Shown: in pieces, positions 9,021-17,389 of the stretch
How the letters are laid out: each line of letters opens with the position of its first letter
Numbering within the stretch: the stretch's first letter is position 1
Source of the DNA: Betaproteobacteria bacterium
GTDB taxonomy: Bacteria; Pseudomonadota; Gammaproteobacteria; Burkholderiales; Burkholderiaceae_C
Assembly: GCA_043716645.1 (NCBI GenBank)
Contig: JAYSYH010000109.1
Location: forward strand, 42,941 to 106,940
Direction: 5' to 3'
Length of the DNA stretch: 64,000 nucleotides
Made by a program: the position numbers and the translations under genes
The notes under the pieces: model-generated
What the model was told of the DNA's origin: nothing
The model's database searches: none
The model's input: only the letters and a program-made list of their open reading frames with translations

Positions 9021-10455
9021 GTTGCTGATCAGCGGCGCCGCGCACCTGTGGACCGGCCTGCGCGGCGATGCGATGCGCGCCACAGGCGGCACCGACATCC
9101 GCATCCGCAGCGGTGTCATCACCGCCATCGGCACGCTGCAAGCCGAGACCGGCGAGCGCGTGCTGGACGCCAGCGGTTGCGTCATCCACCCCTCCTCCAT
9201 CAACACCCACCACCACCTGTTCCAGAGCCTGCTGAAAGGCATCCCGGCCGGCATCAATCTGGCGCTGGTGCCCTGGCTGGCGGCGGTGCCGGTGGCCTAC
9301 CGGCGGCACTTCGACCACGAGGAAGCGCTGCGCGTGGCAGCGCGCGTCGGGCTGGTCGAGTTGATGTTGTCGGGCTGCGGCACGGTGGCCGACCACCAGT
9401 ACCACCAGTACCCGGGCATGCCCTTCGACGCCAGCGCGGCGGTCTTCGACGAGGCCGGAAAACTGGGCCTGCGCCTGGTGCTGTGCCGCGGCGGCCAGAC
9501 GGTGGCCGGTGGGTTGAACGGCGCCGTCGCGTCGCCGCAAATTGCACCGGAAACGCTGGACGCTTTCATGGCCGGCGTGGCGCACGACGTGCAGCGCTTC
9601 CACGACCCGTCGCCGATGGCGATGCGCCGTGTCGTCAGCGCCATCACCACGCCGAACTGGAGCTGCAAGGCCGACGAGCTGAAGCCGATGGCCGAACAGG
9701 CCCGCGCGCTGGGCATCCGCCTGCACAGCCACCTGTGCGAAACCTATGACTACGTGCGCTGGGCCCGCGAGGTGCACGGCTGCACGCCGCTGCAGTTCGT
9801 CGAACAGCACGGCTGGGTCGGGCCCGACGTCTGGTACGCGCACATGGTGCACCTGGACGACGGCGACATGCAGATCTGCGCCCGTACCGGCACCGGCATT
9901 GCCCACTGCCCGCAGAGCAACGCGCGGCTGGGCAGCGGCATCGCGCGCATCCCGCAAGCGATGGCTTGGGGTGTGCCGATATCACTGGCAGTCGACGGCG
10001 CGGCCAGCAACGAAGCCGCCGACATGGCCAGCGAAATGCATGCAGCCTGGCTGACGCATCGGGCCGACCCGCGCGCTGGTGACCGCGCCGGTGACCGCGC
10101 CGGTCAGCGCGCACAACAGGGCGCCACGCAGCCCGGCGGCCATGCAGCGGCGATGACGGTGGAAGACGTGGTGCACATCGCCACCGCCGGCGGCGCGCGC
10201 GTGCTGGGGCTGGATGGCGTGGGCACGCTGCAAGTCGGCATGGCCGCCGACATCGCCGTCTACGACCTGGACCAGCCGCGCCATTTCGGCCTGCACGACC
10301 CGGCCATCGCGCCGGTTGCCAGCGGTGGGCGAACCACGTTGCGGGCGCTGCTGGTGCAGGGCCGGGTGGTCGTCGAAAACGACGCCGTGCCAGGGTTGGA
10401 CCTGGCGCAACTGCGGGCCGACGCGCAGGCGCTGGTGGCGCGCATGCGGGCCTGA
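9013..10455 (+). CDS. Metal-dependent amidohydrolase, isoxanthopterin-deaminase-like (AtzB/8-oxoguanine deaminase clade)
   Basis: NTHHHLFQSLLKG (HxH), SGCGTVADH, PGMPFD, HSHLCET, VWYAH, AHCPQSNARLGSG, VDGAASNEAADM, FGLHDPAIAPVASGGR; resembles characterised isoxanthopterin deaminases as recalled. Confidence 0.8.
   Translation: MTELLISGAAHLWTGLRGDAMRATGGTDIRIRSGVITAIGTLQAETGERVLDASGCVIHPSSINTHHHLFQSLLKGIPAGINLALVPWLAAVPVAYRRHFDHEEALRVAARVGLVELMLSGCGTVADHQYHQYPGMPFDASAAVFDEAGKLGLRLVLCRGGQTVAGGLNGAVASPQIAPETLDAFMAGVAHDVQRFHDPSPMAMRRVVSAITTPNWSCKADELKPMAEQARALGIRLHSHLCETYDYVRWAREVHGCTPLQFVEQHGWVGPDVWYAHMVHLDDGDMQICARTGTGIAHCPQSNARLGSGIARIPQAMAWGVPISLAVDGAASNEAADMASEMHAAWLTHRADPRAGDRAGDRAGQRAQQGATQPGGHAAAMTVEDVVHIATAGGARVLGLDGVGTLQVGMAADIAVYDLDQPRHFGLHDPAIAPVASGGRTTLRALLVQGRVVVENDAVPGLDLAQLRADAQALVARMRA
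10072..10112. repeat. 12-bp in-frame tandem repeat (CGCGCCGGTGAC x3+)
   Basis: Encodes RAGD-RAGD-RAGQ-RA within the amidohydrolase. Confidence 0.85.
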
Positions 10456-10486
10456 CCCCGGGCTTGCTCACCACTAGACTGCAGCC

Positions 10487-11881
10487 ATGCCCTGGACGCA
10501 AACGCTGGCTGGTCGAACGCATCGTTTCGATGACCTGAAGACGCTGCTGGCGCGAGCCACGCCACTGCGGTCGGGCGACGCGTTGGCGGGCATCGCGGCA
10601 GAGTCCGCCGCCGAGCGCATCGCCGCGCAACTGACCTTGGCCGAGCTGCCGCTGAAGACCTTTCTCAGCGACGCTCTGGTGCCGTACGAAGACGATGAAG
10701 TCACGCGGCTGATCGTCGACAGCCACGACGCAGCGGCCTTCGCGCCGGTGGCGCACCTGACCGTCGGCGACTTCCGCGACTGGCTGCTCGGCCCCGCCGC
10801 CACACCCGCCGCTCTGCATGCACTGGCCCCCGGCCTGATGCCCGAAATGGCCGCCGCCGTCAGCAAGTTGATGCGCCTGCAAGACCTGATGCTGGTGGCG
10901 AAAAAGTGCCACGTCACCACGGCCTTTCGAAACACCATCGGCCTGCCCGGCCACCTGGCCGTGCGCCTGCAGCCCAATCACCCCACCGACGACCTGCGCG
11001 GTGTGGCGGCCGCGCTGCTCGACGGCCTGATGTACGGCTGCGGCGACGCCGTCATCGGCATCAACCCAGCCAGCGACAGTTTGTGCGTCATCGGCGATCT
11101 GCTGCGCCTGATGGACGGTGTCATCCAGCGCCACGCCATCCCCACCCAGGCCTGCGTGCTGACACACGTGACGAACACGCTGCGGCTGATCGACGCCGGT
11201 GTGCCAGTGGACCTGGTGTTCCAGTCCATCGCCGGCAGCGAGCAAGCCAACGCCGGCTTCGGCATCACGCTGGACCTGCTGCGCCAGGCGCAGCAGGCGG
11301 CGCTGTTGCTGAAGCGCGGCACCGTGGGCCGCAACGTGATGTATTTCGAGACCGGCCAGGGCAGCGCGCTCAGCGCAGGCGCCCACCACGGTGTCGATCA
11401 GCAGACGATGGAAGCGCGGGCCTACGGTGTGGCGCGCGCGTTCTCGCCGCTGCTGACCAACACGGTGGTCGGCTTCATCGGGCCCGAGTACCTGTTCGAC
11501 GGCAAACAGATCACCCGCGCCGGCCTGGAAGACCATTTCTGCGGCAAGTTGCTGGGCGTGCCGATGGGTTGCGACATCTGCTACACCAACCATGCCGAGG
11601 CCGACAGCGACGACACGGACGCGCTGATGACGCTGTTGGGTGCAGCCGGTGTGAACTTCATCATGGGCGTACCAGGCGCCGACGACATCATGCTGAACTA
11701 CCAGAGCACCAGCTTTCACGATGCCGCGGTGCTGCGCGACCTGCTGGGCCTGAAGCGCGCGCCCGAGTTCGAGGCCTGGCTGATGCGCGTGGGCATCACC
11801 GACGACAACGGCCGCTTGCTGCCCGCACCAGCGCGCCACGCGCTGCTGGCCGATCTTGCCGGTGGTTCAGGCAACCGATGA
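10487..11881 (+). CDS. eutB: Ethanolamine ammonia-lyase large subunit
   Basis: RSGDALAGIAA, RLQPNHPTDD, GDAVIGINPASD, YFETGQGSALSA, VGFIGPEYLFDGKQI, DICYTNHAEAD, NYQSTSFHD. Confidence 0.97.
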   Translation: MPWTQTLAGRTHRFDDLKTLLARATPLRSGDALAGIAAESAAERIAAQLTLAELPLKTFLSDALVPYEDDEVTRLIVDSHDAAAFAPVAHLTVGDFRDWLLGPAATPAALHALAPGLMPEMAAAVSKLMRLQDLMLVAKKCHVTTAFRNTIGLPGHLAVRLQPNHPTDDLRGVAAALLDGLMYGCGDAVIGINPASDSLCVIGDLLRLMDGVIQRHAIPTQACVLTHVTNTLRLIDAGVPVDLVFQSIAGSEQANAGFGITLDLLRQAQQAALLLKRGTVGRNVMYFETGQGSALSAGAHHGVDQQTMEARAYGVARAFSPLLTNTVVGFIGPEYLFDGKQITRAGLEDHFCGKLLGVPMGCDICYTNHAEADSDDTDALMTLLGAAGVNFIMGVPGADDIMLNYQSTSFHDAAVLRDLLGLKRAPEFEAWLMRVGITDDNGRLLPAPARHALLADLAGGSGNR

Positions 11882-12657
11882 GCAGCCCACCCGACCCGTG
11901 GACCGCGCTGCGCCAGCACACCGCCGCGCGCATCGCGCTGGGCCGCGCTGGGGCCAGCCTGCCCACCGCCGAGTGGCTGCGTTTTGCGCAAGCCCATGCG
12001 CTGGCCCGCGACGCGGTGCACGCGCCTTTCGACAGTGCGGCATTGGCACTCGAATGCGCGCAGCAGGACCTTGAATGCACGGTGGTCGAAAGCGCAGCCT
12101 GCGACCGCGCAACCTACCTGCGCCACCCCGACATGGGCCGGCGTCTGAACGCCCGCAGCGCTGCGCTGCTGGCGGCCTTGCAGCCCGCTGTGTGCGACGT
12201 GGCTGTGGTGGTGGCCGACGGCCTGTCGGCGCAAGCGGTGCAGCGCCATGCGCTGCCGCTGTTGCTGGAACTGCGTCCGCGCTTGGAAGCCCACGGTCAG
12301 GCCCTGGGTCCGGTGCTGTTGGCGCACCAGGCGCGCGTGGCGCTGGGCGACGAAGCCGGTGGCCTGCTGCAAGCGCGCGCCGTGCTGGTGCTGATCGGCG
12401 AGCGGCCTGGCCTGTCGTCGCCCGACAGCCTGGGCGCCTACCTGACTTGGGCGCCGCAGCCGGGGCGCAGTGACGCGCAGCGCAACTGCGTGTCCAACAT
12501 CCGCCCCGAAGGTCTGCCCTACGCCGAAGCTGCCCACAAGGTCAGCTGGTTGCTGGGCGCCGCGCTGCGCCTGGGCGGCACGGGTGTGGCGCTGAAGGAC
12601 CAAAGCGACAGCGCGGCCCTGCTTGCTGTGTTGTCGCGCCTGCAGGTGGCGCGCTGA
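11878..12657 (+). CDS. eutC: Ethanolamine ammonia-lyase small subunit
   Basis: Start at ATG 11878 (ATGA overlap); TAARIALGRAG, AHALARDAVH, YLRHPDMGRRL, DGLSA, LIGERPGLSSPDSLGAYLT, DAQRNCVSNI. Confidence 0.96.
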   Translation: MSSPPDPWTALRQHTAARIALGRAGASLPTAEWLRFAQAHALARDAVHAPFDSAALALECAQQDLECTVVESAACDRATYLRHPDMGRRLNARSAALLAALQPAVCDVAVVVADGLSAQAVQRHALPLLLELRPRLEAHGQALGPVLLAHQARVALGDEAGGLLQARAVLVLIGERPGLSSPDSLGAYLTWAPQPGRSDAQRNCVSNIRPEGLPYAEAAHKVSWLLGAALRLGGTGVALKDQSDSAALLAVLSRLQVAR

Positions 12658-12694
12658 CGCGTCCGCTTCAGCTGGACTGACCACTCAGCCGAAA

Positions 12695-12925
12695 CGCGTT
12701 TCGACACCGCGCTGTTGATCTGTTCGATGCCCTGCGTCTGCCCTGCGTCTGCCCGGAGGCGGCGCTGGAGATTTCTGCAATGACGTGGTGTGCGCGCTGC
12801 GCACTGGCCACGGTGTCGCTGATCACCGTACCGGCTTCGTCGACCAGCTTGGTGTCGGCTTCGACGCGTTCCACGCTGGCGCCAGGATGTTGGTCTGGAG
12901 GGCGATGCCGTCGATGCTGATGCGG
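12695..12925 (-). pseudogene. Remnant of a methyl-accepting chemotaxis protein signalling domain
   Basis: Fragments in different frames: 'IDGIALQTNILA', 'SVERVEADTKLVDEAG..IAEISSAASGQTQG', 'IEQINSAVS'. The central LNAAVEAARAGE..GFAVVA block is missing, and there is an 11-bp duplication at 12728-12749. Confidence 0.8.
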
Positions 12926-13196
12926 CGCGCCAGCGCTAGCGCCTGCTTCAGCAGCGGCAGCGCGGCAGCCCTGGCTTTCTCGGGCTTGGCGCGGTCGCCG
13001 GCCATTGCGGGCAGTCCAACCAGGGCGGTGGCGGAATCGCCGAAAAACGCGGCCGTTCAGGTGCGTGGCGGGCTGACTTTGCAGATCGATGGGAGCGGCC
13101 TGAACAACGGACCTGCGAGAGAGAGAGGGAGGGATGTCGGCGCGCAGCAAGCCGGGTTGAGTCTCCTCAGGGTCGAGCTTGCAGGACAATCACCGC

Positions 13197-14132
13197 ATGA
13201 TTCAGCAACGCACTCTGAAGTCGATCACGCGCGCGGTGGGTGTCGGCGTGCACAGCGGCCAGAAGGTGGAACTGACGCTGCGCCCGGCGGCGCCCGACAC
13301 CGGTATCGTGTTCCGCCGCACCGACCTGCCCGAGCCAGTGGACATCCCGGTCAGTGCACTGGCCGTTAGCGACACCCGCATGGCCAGCACCATCAGCCGC
13401 GTCAGCGATCCGGGCGGGCCCAAGGTGCAGACCATCGAGCACCTGATGTCGGCCTGCGCCGGGTTGGGCCTGGACAACCTGACCATCGACATCACCGCCG
13501 AGGAAGTGCCCATACTCGACGGCAGTGCAGCGAGCTTTGTTTTCCTGCTGCAAAGCGCGGGCATCGAATTGCAGAAGGCGCCGAAACGCTTTTTGCGCGT
13601 GAAGAAGACCGTGGACATCCGTGAGGGCGAAGGCAACAGCCTGAAGTGGGCGCGGCTGGAGCCTTTTCACGGCTACAAGCTGGCCTTCGAGATCGAGTTC
13701 AAGCACCCGGCGCTGGACGCCACCGGGCAGCGCGTCGAATTCGATTTCGCTTCAGGCCAGTACAAGCGCGACATCGCCCGCGCCCGCACGTTTGGATTTA
13801 CAAAGGATGTGGAAATGATGCGCGCCCGTGGCCTGGGCCTGGGTGGCAACATGGACAACGTGATCGTGGTCGACGAGTACCGCGTGCTGAACGGCGATGG
13901 CTTGCGCTACGACGATGAATTCGTCAAGCACAAGCTGCTCGACGCCATCGGCGACCTGCACATCGCCGGCAAGCCGCTGCTGGCCAGCTACACCGCCTTC
14001 AAGAGTGGCCACGCATTGAACAATCGGCTATTGCGCAAGCTGCTGGCCGACGAAACGGCCTACGACATCGTGACCTTCGAACGCGACGCCGACGCCCCGG
14101 CCGGCTTCGCGGCGCTGGCGCCGGCGTGGTAG
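13197..14132 (+). CDS. lpxC: UDP-3-O-acyl-N-acetylglucosamine deacetylase
   Basis: [55 protein letters not shown]. Confidence 0.97.
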   Translation: MIQQRTLKSITRAVGVGVHSGQKVELTLRPAAPDTGIVFRRTDLPEPVDIPVSALAVSDTRMASTISRVSDPGGPKVQTIEHLMSACAGLGLDNLTIDITAEEVPILDGSAASFVFLLQSAGIELQKAPKRFLRVKKTVDIREGEGNSLKWARLEPFHGYKLAFEIEFKHPALDATGQRVEFDFASGQYKRDIARARTFGFTKDVEMMRARGLGLGGNMDNVIVVDEYRVLNGDGLRYDDEFVKHKLLDAIGDLHIAGKPLLASYTAFKSGHALNNRLLRKLLADETAYDIVTFERDADAPAGFAALAPAW

Positions 14133-14151
14133 CGCCCGACAGGACACCGCG

Positions 14152-14337
14152 ATGCTGATCTTTCGCCTCATCTTCGGTCTGCTGCTGGTCAGCGGCGTGC
14201 TGTGCTTCGCGATGTCGATAGGCACTGGCCAAGCCGTCTGGCGACGCCGCGGCATGGTCATCGTGAAATGGACGGTGCTGGCCGGCCTGGCCTTCTTCGC
14301 GGTGCTGATCCTGGAGCGGCTGGCCGTGATGCTGTAG
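14152..14337 (+). CDS. Small two-TM membrane protein, function unknown
   Basis: RBS AGGA; two hydrophobic helices separated by WRRRG; high-GC codon usage. Confidence 0.7.
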   Translation: MLIFRLIFGLLLVSGVLCFAMSIGTGQAVWRRRGMVIVKWTVLAGLAFFAVLILERLAVML

Positions 14338-14364
14338 GCGCCACGCCGCGCCGCCGCTGCCGGA

Positions 14365-15555
14365 TCACTGCTGTTTTTGCGGCTTGCTGCGTTCGCCCAC
14401 CTGCACCTGCACCACCAACGCCTGCGCGCCACGTTGCAAGCCCAGCTTGGCCGTGCTGTCGGGCGGCAGGGCGGCCACGGCAGACAGCAGTTCGATGGTG
14501 CTGCGCACTGGCGTGTCGCCCACCTTCAGCACCACGTCGCCCGGCTTGATGCCGCCCCTGGCGGCCGGGCCCTCCTGCAGCACGCCGGTAATCAGCACAC
14601 CGGTCTTCACCGGCAGGCTCAGGCTGTCGGCCAACTCGGCCGACAGGTCGCGCGGCACCACGCCGATCCAGCCGCGCTTCACGCTGCCGCCGCGCAGCAG
14701 CGCTTCCATCACCGCCCGTGCGGTGTCCACCGGCACTGCGAAGCCGATGCCCAGGCTACCTCCGCTGGCCGAAAAGATGGCCGTGTTGATGCCCACCAGG
14801 TTGCCCTGCGCGTCGACCAGCGCACCGCCCGAATTGCCCGGGTTGATGGCGGCATCGGTCTGGATGAAGTTTTGGAACGGCGTGTCGCTCTGCTTGCGAT
14901 CCAGCGCGCTGACGATGCCCGCCGTCACGGTTTGCCCTACGTTGAAGGGGTTGCCAATAGCCAGCACTGCGTCGCCCACCTGCAGCGCCCGCATGTCGCC
15001 CAAAGCGATGACCGGCAGATTGTCGAGTTCGATCTTCAGCACCGCGATGTCGGTCTCGGCGTCGCTGCCGATCAGCCGCGCGCTGGCCTGGCGGCCGTCG
15101 GGCAGTTGCACTTCGATGTCGGTGGCGTCTTCGACGACATGGTGGTTGGTCAGCAGGTAGCCCTCGGGCGACACGATGACGCCAGAACCCAGGCCGGTCT
15201 GGGTGGACTGCCCGCCGCCCGGGCCGCCCGGGCCGTCGCGAAAGAAAAACTTGAAGCGCGGGTCTTCCGCATGCGGGTTGCGCCGGGCCAGCTTGGTGGC
15301 CGTCACGCTGACCACGGCAGGCGCTGCGCGCCGCGCCGCCAGCGCGTAACCGGATGCACGGGCGCCGGTGCCGTTGCCGGTGCCTGGCGCAGATAGCGCT
15401 GGCGGCCGCGCCATCTGCGCCAGCGTGGGCGTTGGCAGCAGGCCCGCCACACCGCCGCGCGGCAGCCATTCGGGCTTCAACGTCAGGAGCACGAAAAGCA
15501 CCGCCAGGGCAACGGTGACGGCCTGCGAAAAAACGAGCCAGCTTCTACGCCACAT
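14365..15555 (-). CDS. DegS/HtrA-family serine protease with a PDZ domain
   Basis: N-terminal TM anchor, GLGSGVI, LTNHHV, DIAVLKI, IQTDAAINPGNSGG, C-terminal PDZ (RGWIGV). Start chosen at ATG 15555. Confidence 0.93.
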   Translation of the reverse strand: MWRRSWLVFSQAVTVALAVLFVLLTLKPEWLPRGGVAGLLPTPTLAQMARPPALSAPGTGNGTGARASGYALAARRAAPAVVSVTATKLARRNPHAEDPRFKFFFRDGPGGPGGGQSTQTGLGSGVIVSPEGYLLTNHHVVEDATDIEVQLPDGRQASARLIGSDAETDIAVLKIELDNLPVIALGDMRALQVGDAVLAIGNPFNVGQTVTAGIVSALDRKQSDTPFQNFIQTDAAINPGNSGGALVDAQGNLVGINTAIFSASGGSLGIGFAVPVDTARAVMEALLRGGSVKRGWIGVVPRDLSAELADSLSLPVKTGVLITGVLQEGPAARGGIKPGDVVLKVGDTPVRSTIELLSAVAALPPDSTAKLGLQRGAQALVVQVQVGERSKPQKQQ

Positions 15556-15635
15556 CAGCAGTGCCAAGCGTTCAGACGGGGTGGGAGGAGGGCGGGGCAA
15601 AGGGCAGAAGCAGGAGCCGGAGCAAAATCAACGCC

Positions 15636-16388
15636 ATGACTGATCGTAGCGATTTGGATTCGGCCCTGCAGCGCGTGCTGCAACCGGACGCATTCAAGGA
15701 TTATGGGCCGAACGGTCTGCAGATCGAGGGTCGCCGCGAGGTGCGCCACCTCGTTTCGGGCGTCACCGCCAGCCTGGCTTTCATCGAAGCCGGCATTGCG
15801 GCCGGCGCCGACACCCTGCTGGTCCACCACGGCCTGTTCTGGCGCGGGCACGACGGTCGTTTGACGGGCTGGCTGGCAGCGCGCGTGCGGCGCCTGATGG
15901 CCGCCGACCTGAACCTGTTTGCCTACCACCTGCCGCTGGATGCCCATGCCGAACTGGGCAACAACGCGCAACTCGGCAAGCGTCTGGGGCTGCTGGCCGA
16001 CGCGCGTTTCGGCGAGCAGAACCTGGGCTTCATCGGTGATGCGCCGCCGGCGGCCGCCACGCTGCAAGCCCTGACCGCAACGGTGCAGCAGCAACTCGCG
16101 CGCAGCCCGGTCGTGCTGCCGGGCGACGGCCGACTGCTGCGCCGCGTCGCCTGGTGCACCGGCGGCGCCCAAAGCTATTTCGAAGCCGCCATCACGGCCG
16201 GAGCGGATGTGTTCCTGACCGGCGAAATTTCCGAGCCGCAGGCCCATCTGTCGCGTGAAACCGGTGTCGCCTTCCTGGCCTGCGGGCACCACGCCACCGA
16301 GCGTTATGGCGCCCCGGCAGTGGCCGCCCACGTGGCGGCGCTGTGCGGGCTGACGCACGAATTCATCGACATCGAGAATCCGGCATGA
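15636..16388 (+). CDS. Nif3-like dinuclear metal-centre protein (YbgI family)
   Basis: DYGPNGLQIEG, VHHGLFW, AYHLPLDAH, WCTGGAQ, TGEISE, GHHATERYG. Confidence 0.93.
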   Translation: MTDRSDLDSALQRVLQPDAFKDYGPNGLQIEGRREVRHLVSGVTASLAFIEAGIAAGADTLLVHHGLFWRGHDGRLTGWLAARVRRLMAADLNLFAYHLPLDAHAELGNNAQLGKRLGLLADARFGEQNLGFIGDAPPAAATLQALTATVQQQLARSPVVLPGDGRLLRRVAWCTGGAQSYFEAAITAGADVFLTGEISEPQAHLSRETGVAFLACGHHATERYGAPAVAAHVAALCGLTHEFIDIENPA

Positions 16389-17389
16389 AACCCATCCTGG
16401 TAACGATGGGCGACGCCGCCGGCATCGGGCCCGAGACCATCGTCAAGGCCTGGCGGCAGGGCGAACTGCACGATGCCGTCGTCGTCGGCGACCCGGCCGT
16501 GTTGCGCCGGGCCGCCGGCACCGCGCACTTTGTGATGACGGCCGTCATCGAACACCCCGCCGACCGGCTGCAAGTGCCGCCCGGCTGCCTGCCAGTGCTG
16601 CCGCCGCCCAACCTGCCACCCGGCCTGGCCGCGCTGCCGCTGGGCGTGATCGACGGTCGCAACGGCGCGGCGGCGGCGCGTTGCATCGAACACGCGGTTC
16701 GGCTGGTGCAGGCGGGCGCAGGTGCGGCCATCGTCACGGCGCCCATCCACAAGGCAGCTCTGGCGGCGGCCGGCGTGCCGTATCCGGGCCACACCGAAAT
16801 GCTGCAGGCGCTGGCCGCCGACGCCGCGCCAGGGGTGCCCGCGCCAGCCGTCCGCATGATGTTGGCGAATGAAGAATTGCGCGTGGTGCTGGTGACCATC
16901 CACAGCGCGCTGCGCAAGGCCATCGACGCCGTCACTTTTGACGCCGTGCTGCAGACCTTGCGCATCGCGCACCGTGCGGCCGCTGCCTGGCAGGCCGCGT
17001 CGCCGCGCATTGCCGTGGCCGGGCTGAACCCGCACGCGGGCGAGGGCGGGTTGTTCGGCGACGAAGAGCTCCAGATCATCGGCCCGGCCATCCAGGCCGC
17101 CGTCGCTGAAGGCATCCAGGCGACCGGCCCTTATGCGCCCGACACCGTGTTCATGCGTGCCCGCCGCGGTGAGTTCGACTTGGTGGTGGCCATGACCCAC
17201 GACCACGGCCTGATCCCCGTGAAATACCTGGGCGTGGAGCACGGCGTGAACGTCACGCTGGGCCTGCCTTTCGTACGCACCAGCCCTGACCACGGTACGG
17301 CCTTCGACATTGCGGGCCAGGGCGTGGCCGATCCGTCCAGCCTGATTGCCGCGCTGCGGATGGCGCGGCAGCTGGTGGCTGCAGCCTAA
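16385..17389 (+). CDS. pdxA: 4-hydroxythreonine-4-phosphate dehydrogenase
   Basis: TMGDAAGIGPE, TAPIHK, PGHTE, GLNPHAGEGGLFGDEE, HDHGLIPVK, RTSPDHGTAFDIAG. Confidence 0.92.
   Translation: MKPILVTMGDAAGIGPETIVKAWRQGELHDAVVVGDPAVLRRAAGTAHFVMTAVIEHPADRLQVPPGCLPVLPPPNLPPGLAALPLGVIDGRNGAAAARCIEHAVRLVQAGAGAAIVTAPIHKAALAAAGVPYPGHTEMLQALAADAAPGVPAPAVRMMLANEELRVVLVTIHSALRKAIDAVTFDAVLQTLRIAHRAAAAWQAASPRIAVAGLNPHAGEGGLFGDEELQIIGPAIQAAVAEGIQATGPYAPDTVFMRARRGEFDLVVAMTHDHGLIPVKYLGVEHGVNVTLGLPFVRTSPDHGTAFDIAGQGVADPSSLIAALRMARQLVAAA

Noticed and set aside
10906-11877. Apparent 583-aa EutC fusion
   Set aside because: The upstream part is an alternative frame over eutB; eutC starts at the ATGA overlap at 11878.
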